Positions 53,413 through 64,000 of a DNA stretch of 64,000 bases are shown piece after piece. The translations under genes and the position numbers were made by a program. Within the stretch, counting starts at the first letter, position 1. Every line of letters begins with the position of its first letter. The DNA is from Azolla caroliniana (lineage: Eukaryota; Plantae; Polypodiophyta). The stretch lies in contig JBHGNT010000018.1 of NCBI GenBank assembly GCA_043228905.1, positions 14,384,001 to 14,448,000 on the forward strand, written 5' to 3'. Below the pieces are notes generated by a model that made no database searches, was not told the origin of the DNA, and worked only from the letters and a program-made list of their open reading frames with translations.

Positions 53413-56400
53413 CACAAAATACTTTCTTATTCAACAAAGCAATAATACAACACCCAACCTTACAAAAAGGTTACAAGGTCACTATATATAGTGACCGACT
53501 TAGGGCAACTACCCTTTATGCTAATTACATAAATGGCCAAAACGGGATAGTGTGAATACGTCCATTATACACATGTATTCGACACTCCCCCGTAATGGGC
53601 GTATACATGGGTTATCTAAGATTACAGGTATAGACTTAGGTTCTCGTACATATCAGCTTTGTTCGAGTCGGCAGGGTCCGAAGGCAGAAGACCGAACTGG
53701 TCGGGTCGGAACAGTTGAAGCCGATCATTAAGGAACTGATGTCGGTTGTCGGGAACCATCCTGCTCTGTGTCCGGCTCTAACCGGACTGGTTTGTCGTTA
53801 CGCCCATCTGATGCCGAAGAGACCGAAAACGGTCTGCCGAAAGACACTTGGTCATTCCATCTGCGACATTGTCGGTTGTGGATATTTTCTCTAGACCGAT
53901 TTTCCCTGAGATGACGCAGTCCCGAACGAAGTGATATCGAACGTCGATATGTTTGGAGGCGTTGTGGTGAACCGGATTTTTTGACAAGGCAACAGCACCT
54001 TGACTGTCGCTATAGACAACTGGGGCCGAGTCATGATCGACTTGCCGAAACGTGTGTGCCAGCCGACCGAGCCATAAGGCTTCTTTTGCTGCGTCGGACG
54101 CAGCTACATATTCTGCTGAGGTCGTTGAGGTCGCTGTGCACTCCTGAAGTTTCGACTTCCACGAAATTGCTCCATTGCCGAATTTGAAGCAGTATCCGGT
54201 TGTTGATTTCCGACTGTCTATACAGCCGGCGAAGTCCGAGTCGGTGTAACCGACTACGCCTGAGGTTCGGTTCGGACCGAAAAGAATGCCGTGGTCTTTT
54301 GTGCCAGCCAGATATCTGAACACATGCTTGACTGCGTTCCAATGCGATCGGCCAGGATTGTGCATAAATCTGCTAACGACTCCTACGGCATGAGAAATAT
54401 CAGGCCGTGTCGCGACCATCAGGTACATAAGGGAGCCGACTGCCGGTGCATACGGTACCGACTTCATATCTTCCCCCTCCGGGCCGGATGTCGGGCAGTC
54501 TCGCTGAGAGAGCCGAAGATTCATTGGGAGCGGGGTTGAAGCAGATTTGGCTGATTGCATGTTGAAGCGTTCCAAGACACGTCCGATATAGTCGGTCTGA
54601 GACAAAAAAAGATGTCGTTTGTCGCGATGCCGACTAATCTTCATGCCGAGTATGTGTCGTGCCGGACCGAGGTCCTTCATGGCAAACTTCAACCGCAGTT
54701 GCCGAATGAGATCGGCAAGTTCGCCCGCGTGGCGTCTAGAAATTAGCATGTCGTCCACGTAAATGATGAGGAAGATGGGTGATCCATCTTGAGCTGTGTT
54801 GGTGAAGAGACAATGGTCCTCATCGCTTTTGGAGAAGCCGATCGATTGGATGAAGTCGTCGAACTTCTTGCACCATTGTCGCGGTGCCTGTTTGAGGCCG
54901 TATAGACTCTTCCTGAGTCGGCAGACTAGATGTTCTTGGCCGGTTGCCACGAAGCCTTTTGGCTGCTCCATATAAATTTCCTCCTCGAGATCACCATGGA
55001 GGAAGGCTGTTTTGACATCTAGTTGAATCAGCTCCAAGTTGTCGGCTGCCACTACGCCGAGTAGAAAACGAAGGGTTGTCATTTTCACCACTGGTGAAAA
55101 AATCTCGTCGAAGTCGACGCCATATTCTTGTCGGAAGCCCTTCGCAACTAATCTGGCCTTGTACTTTGGGGTGGTCGAATCAGACGTCTCTTTTAGTCGA
55201 TAAACCCACTTGCAAGGAAGAGCACGTCGGTTCCTAGGTAATTCGACCAGATCCCAAGTCTTGTTTGCCCGAATGGAGTGCATTTCCGACTCCATCGCCA
55301 GATGCCAGGTGGCGGAATCGACAGATGTCGATGCTTCTTCGTAAGACGTCGGTTCGCCGGCGTCGGTGAAGAAAATTCCAGGAGAATACCTCTCCGGAGG
55401 TTGCGACAGTCTCTCGGATCGTCGAGGTATGATTGGACTGGTCGCATCGGGTATCGTGGTCGGATGGTCCGAAAGCGGATTGTTCTGCTGTGCCGAGTCG
55501 GAGTTGTCCGAGTCGGTAGTGTAAGGTTCAGCTACCCGTGAAGCTGACCGTGTGTTGAGAGCGGGGCCTTCTTGAAGGGTCGGCACATCGGAAAATGTTA
55601 CCCTTCGGACTTCGATCGGTTTTTCGACTGATGGATTCATAGCCGACTCGTTGAACACAACGTCCGAACTTCGAACGATTTGTCTGCGTTCGGGGTCCCA
55701 GAGTCGGTATCCCATTTCGCCGTCGGATCCATATCCAAGGAAAATGCATTTCCTGGACCGAGGTGCAAGTTTTCGGCGATCATCTTTCGGAATAAGGGCG
55801 TACGCCTCGCATCCGAAGATCCTCAGCTTGTCGTAATTCGGCTTACTGCCGATCCATAGTTCCTGAGGAATTTGAAGTCCTAGAGGTCTACTTGGCGACA
55901 TATTGATTATGTGTACTGCCGTGAGTAGAGCCTCTGCCCAGAAGCCATCCGACAGTCCGGAGTGTTGGAGCATGGAAACTATCCGTTCTTGGATTGTCCG
56001 ATTCATGCGTTCGGCAATCCCGTTTTGCTCCGGACTGTGTGGTGCCGTAAATTCACGTCGGATGCCGCGTTGTCGGCAGAATTTGACGAATTCTTCGGAT
56101 TTAAACTCTCCCCCATTGTCTGTCCGAAAGCATTTCAGCTTTCGGTCGGTTTGATTTTCTACCATAGCGAGCCAATCGGTGAAGATCGAGAAGACCCGAT
56201 CTTTGGTGCGAATTGTATAAGCCCACACCTTTCGAGTCGAATCGTCAATAAAAGTGACGAAGTAAGAGGCACCGCCGAGAGACTGATGCGGCATTGGGCC
56301 ACAGACGTCCGAGTGGACCAAATCGAGAGGTCTCGTTTCTCTTGGTGCTGATGTCGGGTGTGATGCGGCTGCTTGTTTGCCATACTGGCAATGCTCGCAA

Positions 56401-58549
56401 AATTGATGGTCCGAGAAGGAGAGTTTGGGGATGTAGCCGACTCTAGATAGGTGCGTGATGCCGGCCTTGCTGAGGTGTCCTAATCTTCGGTGCCATAGTG
56501 ATGACACAGGAATATCCACCAAAAACAGGTTACCCTCTCTGAGCGTAACATGTAACGGATACAGGGAGTGTATCTTGGGTCCTCTAGCAAGCAGGAGGTT
56601 CCCCCTGTGGAGTGTCCACCCTCCCGAAGAAAAACCGGCACGAATGCCGTCTTCATCTAGTTGTCCGACTGAGATCAATGGCCTTGAGAGCTCGGGTACA
56701 TGTCGGACATTGTGGAGTACAAGTGTAGAGCCCCCTGCAAGGTTGAGCTCTACTGTGCCGATTCCGATGATGTCACAGTGTTGTGAGTTGCCGACTCGAA
56801 CTGAGTCGGAGTGACGGATCGTATATTGCCGAAATTGGGATCGATGAGGAGTCACGTGAAATGACGCGCCCGAATCTAAGAGCCATGTGCTCGACTCTTC
56901 AGTCGTGAGTAGAACTTCTGATCCGACTGGATTTTCGATTGATAGTATATTCGGGTCGTCTGGTAGCACATCAGCTGAGAAGCTGACGTAATTGATCTCC
57001 TCATGCCGGCCACTCTTCTTGTTGTTCTTGTTCTTGAGTGCGCGGCAGTCGGCTTTGATGTGTCCGGGTTTCTTGCAATAGTTGCAGATTCGGTTATCCC
57101 GTGACTGGCTCCGTCTTCGCTGATTGTTCGGCGGCCGTGAGGAATCTCTTCCTCGTATGTTCGATCGGTCTGTCGAACCTTGTACTACATAAGCGTCGTC
57201 TGTTGAGTCTTTGGCGAAAGACTTTCTCCGAGCTGCTTCGGTCAGGATTGCGCTCGTGACTTCGGAGTATTTAACAGCCGTGGTTGACGCGTTGCACACG
57301 GTTGTGACGAAAGTCTCCCATGATGAGGGAAGGCTACTCATGAGTATCATTGCTCTGAGTTCATCCTCGATTGCCGTCCCCTGTGACGAGATTTGGGAGC
57401 TTATGCTTTCGTACTCATTGAGGTGTGCTTGAACCGAGTCGGATTCTTTCATCCGCAAGTTGTAGAGGTGCCGGATCAGAAACATCTTTGTTGCGGCGAC
57501 CTTCTTTTCGTAAGTGTCCGACAGTGTTTTCCACAGTTCGAATGCTGTCGTACACGATTGCACCGTAAAGTATACCGATTCCGATAGGTGCATCCGAATC
57601 GTGGCGCGGACAATTCTGTCCAGCTTCTGCCACTCAATTGGTTTGTATCCTTCTGGAGGTTCTTCATTTTCGATGGGATTGATTTGCCCCTTGACTATGA
57701 GATAGTCCTGCATTTGTTCCTTCCAGAAGTTGAAGTTCGATCCATCGAACTTGCGTAGACTCATTTCTGACGAGCCGGATGTTGATGCCATCAAATTTGG
57801 TTTCGGTTGACGAAGCTCGGTTCGGAGTTGACTACGAGCCTTGTTGGAGTGCAGCCGGTTGGCTCACCCGATATCGCTCTAGTCGGATTTGAACCCGAGT
57901 CGGTTCGGCTTCGGAACTTGCTCGAATTGACTCCGGTAGCTTGAGGGACAGAACCGACTGGTCTTCCCGAATGTTGCCGAGTCGGAGTGAGCCCGGTTCG
58001 CTTCGGATATATATGCCGAATACCGATTATTGAAACCGATTATCTGGACCGATTCTGCTTCGGTTGACTGCAGCAACGAGAGAGACGGATCCGACTGATC
58101 CTCCCGAATGTCGATCAGCCAGATGAAGCACGAATTTGGGGTTGTTGTCTTGAGACCGATCTGCACCGAGTGGTTACAACGAGCGGCGAGCAGCGTTTGA
58201 TGACCTCTTCGGATGCCGTTTAACCGAATGGAGCACGATCGTGTCAAAGTTGCACAAGGGGATTTCACCTCGAGCGGTTACGATCACAAGGAACGGGGTA
58301 CAACCTGCTGGCTTACTCCAAGCAAAGATGATCTAACGCGATGAGATGCAGGCCTCGTTTTTCTTCTTCTTCTCTCTTTTTCGAATGACGCAGGAAACCG
58401 AATGCTGAGACGATGGCCGACAGCGGATTGAAGGACCGACTACTGTGCAGGCTCTGATACCAGATGTTGGGGACAAAGTCGTCTGTGCGGAAGATCAAGA
58501 AGCATTCGATTGCTGTTGAGTACCTGCGTATAACAGAATCATAGATCGT

Positions 58550-58596
<47 letters not shown>

Positions 58597-58768
58597 CACA
58601 AAATACTTTCTTATTCAACAAAGCAATAATACAACACCCAACCTTACAAAAAGGTTACAAGGTCACTATATATAGTGACCGACTTAGGGCAACTACCCTT
58701 TATGCTAATTACATAAATGGCCAAAACGGGATAGTGTGAATACGTCCATTATACACATGTATTCGACA
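53287..58768 (-). mobile_element. Full-length intact Ty1/copia element C, TSD AAAGC
   Basis: LTRs 53287-53584 and 58465-58768 appear identical except (GA)n length; PBS 58451-58462; PPT from 53585; AAAGC at 53282-53286 and 58769-58773. Confidence 0.97.
53778..57791 (-). CDS. Intact copia Gag-PR-INT-RT-RNase H polyprotein
   Basis: Single ORF of about 1337 aa: CNYCKKPGHIKADC, WLLDSGAS, VHSDVCG/TDNGGEF/NGIAER, YVDDM, YTDSDFAG, KHIDVRYH. Confidence 0.97.
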   Translation of the reverse strand: MASTSGSSEMSLRKFDGSNFNFWKEQMQDYLIVKGQINPIENEEPPEGYKPIEWQKLDRIVRATIRMHLSESVYFTVQSCTTAFELWKTLSDTYEKKVAATKMFLIRHLYNLRMKESDSVQAHLNEYESISSQISSQGTAIEDELRAMILMSSLPSSWETFVTTVCNASTTAVKYSEVTSAILTEAARRKSFAKDSTDDAYVVQGSTDRSNIRGRDSSRPPNNQRRRSQSRDNRICNYCKKPGHIKADCRALKNKNNKKSGRHEEINYVSFSADVLPDDPNILSIENPVGSEVLLTTEESSTWLLDSGASFHVTPHRSQFRQYTIRHSDSVRVGNSQHCDIIGIGTVELNLAGGSTLVLHNVRHVPELSRPLISVGQLDEDGIRAGFSSGGWTLHRGNLLLARGPKIHSLYPLHVTLREGNLFLVDIPVSSLWHRRLGHLSKAGITHLSRVGYIPKLSFSDHQFCEHCQYGKQAAASHPTSAPRETRPLDLVHSDVCGPMPHQSLGGASYFVTFIDDSTRKVWAYTIRTKDRVFSIFTDWLAMVENQTDRKLKCFRTDNGGEFKSEEFVKFCRQRGIRREFTAPHSPEQNGIAERMNRTIQERIVSMLQHSGLSDGFWAEALLTAVHIINMSPSRPLGLQIPQELWIGSKPNYDKLRIFGCEAYALIPKDDRRKLAPRSRKCIFLGYGSDGEMGYRLWDPERRQIVRSSDVVFNESAMNPSVEKPIEVRRVTFSDVPTLQEGPALNTRSASRVAEPYTTDSDNSDSAQQNNPLSDHPTTIPDATSPIIPRRSERLSQPPERYSPGIFFTDAGEPTSYEEASTSVDSATWHLAMESEMHSIRANKTWDLVELPRNRRALPCKWVYRLKETSDSTTPKYKARLVAKGFRQEYGVDFDEIFSPVVKMTTLRFLLGVVAADNLELIQLDVKTAFLHGDLEEEIYMEQPKGFVATGQEHLVCRLRKSLYGLKQAPRQWCKKFDDFIQSIGFSKSDEDHCLFTNTAQDGSPIFLIIYVDDMLISRRHAGELADLIRQLRLKFAMKDLGPARHILGMKISRHRDKRHLFLSQTDYIGRVLERFNMQSAKSASTPLPMNLRLSQRDCPTSGPEGEDMKSVPYAPAVGSLMYLMVATRPDISHAVGVVSRFMHNPGRSHWNAVKHVFRYLAGTKDHGILFGPNRTSGVVGYTDSDFAGCIDSRKSTTGYCFKFGNGAISWKSKLQECTATSTTSAEYVAASDAAKEALWLGRLAHTFRQVDHDSAPVVYSDSQGAVALSKNPVHHNASKHIDVRYHFVRDCVISGKIGLEKISTTDNVADGMTKCLSADRFRSLRHQMGVTTNQSG

Positions 58769-61392
58769 AAAGCATAGTGATATGCCATATAGTCGTTGTA
58801 GCCGAATCGGCTAACCGGATTCTTCTCTTGGGTGGAGCAACGGAGTTTCTCATTTGCCAATGTGAGTGCTTTCTTAACTCCGAGTGACCTCATAAGAGGC
58901 ACATCAAAGCCATTGAACTCACTATCGAGTGAGTGAGTCGATTTGTTGTCGTCGAAGTGATCGTCTTCATATTCCGGCATTTTGGCCTTCCCTTTGTCCA
59001 TCTTTGGACTTGGCCGAGATATGCTTTGGTTGCTTGAATGCTCTTGTGGTCTGCTCAATCTAGTTGAGATTGAACTCTCTTCGACTATTGACCTTAGTTG
59101 ATCATCGTCTTCTGTGTTGTCGAGGTCGTTCGTAGATGGTTCGGGAGGAGTCGGCTCGAGTTTGTACCATGATGTCGATTCGTCAAAGATCACATCCCGA
59201 CTTACACGAGCCTTTCGAGTAGAGGGGTTTAAGCACTTGTATCCCTTTTGCTCCAGTGAGTACCCCATGAGGATGCACTTCTCTGATTTTGGGTCAAGCT
59301 TCTACTGCTTCTCATTGGGAATGTGCACGTATGTAATGGAGCCAAATATCCTTACATGGGATAGATCCGGTTTCTTCCCATAGTATTTCACATGCAGGGT
59401 GACCTCGTGCACTCCGGATGTTGTGCACCGGTTCAAGAGGTAGACAACGGTATTTGCAGCTTCTGCCCAATATGACTTGGGCATATGCTTCTCATTTAGC
59501 ATGGCCCTTGCTACTTCGAGGATGTGCTGATTCTTGCGTTCGGCTACACCGTTCTGTTGCGGTGTGTGTCGGCAAGTGAATTCTTGCCTAATTCCTTCTT
59601 GTCGAAGGTATGCCGTGAATGCATCGGAGAAGTATTCCTTTCCTCCGTCCGACCGAAGACATTGTGCATGGTGGCCAGTTGTCTTTTCGACTTCGCTTTT
59701 GAATTTTTGGAAGTGTGTAAACACTTCTCTCTTCATCCTCATGGGAAAGATCCATGTGTATCTAGAGAAGTCGTCGATCAAGGTAACATAGTACCGACAT
59801 CCTCCAAATGTGGCCGTTTATGCCGGTCCCCACACATCCGAGTGGACTACATCCAATAGGCCTTTGCTCACGTTCCTCTCATTCGGGAAGGGGTGCCGAT
59901 GTTGCTTGCCGAATTGGCATGCTTCACATACTCCTTCAATCTCTTTCTCTTTGAAGGTCGGGAGCCCAATGACGACTCCTTTTGATTGCATCGCCTTGAG
60001 TTTGTTGAGATTGATATGGCTGATTCTTTTATGCCATAGCTCTATGTCGGTGTTGGGTTTGAGACCCTTTGCAAACATGGCCGATTTTACCTCGTTCGCT
60101 TCGAGGATAAACATTCGGCCTTCCCTTCCACCACGAGCAATTAATCATCCTTCCTTCTTGATGAAGCAACCACCTTAGTTGAATCAAACTTGCATCCTTT
60201 GCTCCACAATTTGGCCGATCGAGACCAAATTCTTTGTTATGGTGGGTATATGTAAGATATTTTTGATGCAAGTTTGTTCACCTTCTTTCCCGAATGGGAC
60301 ATTGCCGACATGCCGAATCGGATGAGTGGTGTCGTCTCCGGTCTTGACATAAACGGGTCGGTCCGGCTCTCGAAGGTCTTTGAACCATTCTTGATGGGAC
60401 GTCATATGGTTTGAAGCACCAGAGTCGACGAACCATACATCTTCCGGATTAGAGGCATTAGTCGAAGTAGATGCCGACATAGAATTTGCTCTATGTCTCA
60501 TTACGAACATTCCGCCATGATCTACATAGTCGGAGTTGGTGGCGTAATTGGTGAGATGTCGGCTAGTGGAAGCCGACTCACACATCTTCTTTCAGCATTC
60601 TTCTTCGTGGTGACCAATTTTGCCGCAATATCCGCATTCGATCGAGTTTTGTTGGCTCGAACCTGAATGGAAGCTCCCCCTGCTTCCAAAGGTTCCTCGA
60701 TGTCTTCCATCTTGTTGCCGAAATTGGGAGTTGTTGTCGTAAGTGGAACCTCATCCGCCTCATCCTTGGCCGAATCGGCCTCTTGTTCGGTCGCGTCCTC
60801 TTCCTCCATTCGAATGTGTGTAGAGCATGTGGCCTTCCGAGGCATTGCACCTCGTTCGAACATGGTTTTCTTCAACCAACAACATGGATTGAAGATAGAA
60901 GAAAGAGAGAGGATTCTCCCTTGCTAGGATGGTGGTTCTCATTGCGCCGAACCGTGGTGCAAGGCCACTGAGGCATATTTGCACCATCTCATCATCCTCC
61001 ACATTGACGCTTATTGAGCCGAGTGAATCACAAAGCTCCTTGATCTTCAAGGTATAGCTTGTGATGGACATGTCCCATTGTTGGATGTTGTTCAACTCTT
61101 GGCGGAGTTGACGCTTTCGTGCCGTCGTATTGGCGGCGAATATCTTCCTTAGATTCTCCCATGCTTCCTTTGGCGTCATGACTTCTCGAATGTAGGTGAG
61201 CATGTGGTCAAGAACACATGTCGCCAAGCAATACATTACTCGACTCACTACTTGCTCCCATGTTGAGTAGTCAGCGTCCTTTGGGTCGGGTTGATTTTCT
61301 TGTGCTCCTTTGATGTAGCTCCAATAACCTTGACCGACAAGGTATTGGTGCATCTTGTATTCCCAAGATGCGAAGTTGTTTCGGTCCAACTT

Positions 61393-64000
61393 TGTTGCTC
61401 GCCGGATCCGGATCGGTTGAATAAGCCTGAGCCGGATTGGCATCCGGAAGGATGAGCCGGATTGGTATCCGGAAACAACCGGCCGGATCGGGGAGCCGGA
61501 TTGGAGAGCCGGATTCGAGCGGGAACCGGAAGCCTAGTAGTAGCCTAGACTACTAGGTAATCATTGTCTCGTAGTTAGTGTTAGTTGCACGTGTGAGCAT
61601 TGAAGTACTTGTCAGTCCTTTATGGACTTGTATAAATAGTGCTGTTTAGCATGTTGTATGTACAAAGTTTTAGAGTTAATTTTTTGAATATAGTTTTATG
61701 TTCTGCTCTCTCTGTCTCCTTTGTGTTTGAAGCTTTTCCATTAAACCTTCATCTCATTTTCTGTTGCTGCTGGTTTTGTCTGACGCTTCCACACATTAAC
61801 ATTCACATGGTATCAGAGCGCGAGGGTTGAGAACCTCTACAACCAACATTTGCTTTCGTAGACGAACCCTAGAACCTGGTAACAACAAATAGAGAGAAGA
61901 TATGGACAAAGGAATGACGAGTTCACTTCCAACAGAGAAGCTCGACTGGAGCAACTATGCATCCTGGTCATATAAGATGCACCAGTACCTGCTGGGGCAT
62001 GGATATTGGAGCTTCGTGGAAGGAACAAATGAAGTATCACTGAAGCCGTCACACAAAGACTTCCCGGTATGGGAGCAAGGAGTGAGTCGGGTACTGTACT
62101 ATCTCGCATCCGGTGTGCATGATCAAATGCTCAACTACATCAAGGATGCAAAGACGCCGAAGGAGGCTTGGGAAAATCTACGGAAGATTTTCGCCACAAG
62201 TACCATAGCTCGTAAGTTGTAGCTCCGGCAAGAGCTGAACAACATCAGGCAAAGAGACATGTCGGTTACGGACTACACCACCAAGATAAAGAAGATTTGC
62301 GACGCACTCGGGTCCATCAACGTGATGGTGGACGAAGACAAGATGGTACAAATCTTCCTCGGTGGTCTAGCGCAAAGGTACGAGCTAATCTGGACAACAA
62401 TCTGCACCCAGGAGAAACCATCGTCATTCTTCGACTTGCATTCGATGCTGTTGGTTGAAGAAAACCACGTGAGTGGGTCAAGGACCACTCAATCGGACGA
62501 CCAGATGTTGTACATAGAGACAGATCAACCCCATGGACTTGGTGGACGAAGTGGGTTGGCACACAATGGAGGCGGTCGACAAGAGCAGGACCGAAGGCAC
62601 AGAGGATGTGCCGACAATAGTTTCGGACCCTCCACAAGCAGGGGGAGTCAAAGCGGCGCCGAGAACCGACAAAGAAAGGCCGACACAGAATGCTAGTACT
62701 GCGGCAAAAAGGGCCATAGGGAAAGCGAGTGATGGAAGAAGCACTCCGATTCGGACAAATCCGGATCCGACAAAACCGGTCGGGAGAACCGGCAAAGCTT
62801 GCAGTACGCGAAAGGATCGGAAGGATTCGGAACTAGGAAAACCGGTAAATGGCCAGCCTTCGTGATGAAGCACAAGGCTAACTCGATGAACAAGACTACT
62901 TCTGGATCAGAGGAAGTATGGTATGTTGATTACAGAGCGTCCAACCGCATGCCGAGCCATGAAGAGTGGTTCTCTTTTTTGGAGAAACCGGAACAACCAG
63001 GGATTGTCGAAACCAGAGACGACACCCCTCACTCGATTGTGCATGTTGGAGAAGTCCCTTTAAGCCATGTCGGACAAAAGGGGAAGTTGATTAACGTATT
63101 ACATGTTCCGACTATCACAAAGAACTTGGTGTCGGTTGGACAAATCGTCGACCAGGGGATGCAGGTGCGGTTTACGCACCTCGGGTGCTTCATCGAGGAA
63201 GAGGGTCGGATAATTGCGCAAGGGTGTAGAGAAGGGAGGATGTTCATCCTCAACACTAATGACATTGGCACTGCCATGTTTGCCAAAGGGCAGAAGGTCG
63301 AGTTGGACATTGACCTGTGGCACAAGCGGATCGGCCAAGTCAACTACCGGAGGCTTTAGGACCTGCAATCGAAACAAGTTGTCTTCAGTTTGCTGAAATT
63401 TAGCGATTGGAAGGCCGAAATTTGTGAAGCTTGCCAACTCGGGGAGCAATACTGGCTTCCATTCCCCACCGATCGAAACCGGAGCCATAACAAGCTCAAT
63501 TTAATCCATTTGGATGTATGGGGACCGGCACAAAACGTTAGTCTTGGCGGGAGTCAGTATTTCGTCTTGATGAGGGAGTCGGTATTTCATCTCCTTCATC
63601 GACGACTACAGCCGGCACACGTGGATCTACCTCATCAAGAGGAAGAGTGAAGTCTTCGAGTGTTTCCGGAACCTTCAAAGCTTGGTTGAACGGGAAATGG
63701 AGAGGAAGATCAAGTGCCTGCGGTCGCATGGCAGGAAAGAATACTTTTCTGGCCAATTCAATAGTTATCTATAGTAGAACGGAATTCGGAGAGAATTCAG
63801 CTGTAGGTACACACCGGAGCAAAACAGTGTGGCCGAAAGGAAGAACTGGTCAATTGTCGCGCGGCAAGGGTAATGCTAGAGGAGAAGAACATGCCCCATT
63901 TCTACTGGGCTGAGGCGGTCCAGACGACCATCTACATCCAAAACCGGATTGGTGACAAGGTGTTAGCACATGAGCTGTATTTCGGGCGAAAGCCGAATTT
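61393..64000 (+). mobile_element. Degenerate Ty1/copia element E (5' LTR 61393-61807, PBS 61808-61819), runs off the window
   Basis: TGTTG start within the D gag; TGGTATCAGAGC; gag KLDWSNYASWSYKMHQY, degenerate protease and integrase with stops. Confidence 0.9.

Larger units (their letters stand above)
51333..61392 (-). mobile_element. Degenerate Ty1/copia element D (3' LTR about 51333-51619), interrupted by C and by E
   Basis: Fragmented gag (KLDRNNFASW), WFVDSGASNHM, integrase, RT and RNase H (ARTKHIEV); PPT CTTGAGGGGGCA before TGTTGAG at 51619. Confidence 0.9.

Overview
Land-plant nuclear DNA, repeat-rich, with GT-AG introns and GA/CT microsatellites; a non-seed plant such as a fern is my inference. 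There are two host genes, both on the minus strand. One is a Gfo/Idh/MocA oxidoreductase (six exons, 4549-2406, last exon left of the window). The other is a complete 12-exon Sec14-nodulin (SFH) gene (40320-32991). The rest is mostly nested Ty1/copia elements (two young full-length copies at 15872-21469 and 53287-58768), solo LTRs, LINE fragments and a local duplication (about 4600-13092 vs 23690-26283). The standout is a 6.3-kb Ty3/gypsy chromovirus-like element (6526-12854, TSD CAACA, empty site visible in the paralogous block). Its intact gag (+) and pol (-) ORFs face away from each other, and both stop inside the terminal repeats with the same LRA* codons. Its LTR is a fold-back with 100-bp perfect inverted arms, while the other end is an 87-bp collapsed hairpin. 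No PBS or complete protease is visible, and the gag/pol spacer carries a 56-bp hairpin repeat array. It could be an undescribed ambisense family or a single rearranged copy. All alignments were done by eye; no searches were run.
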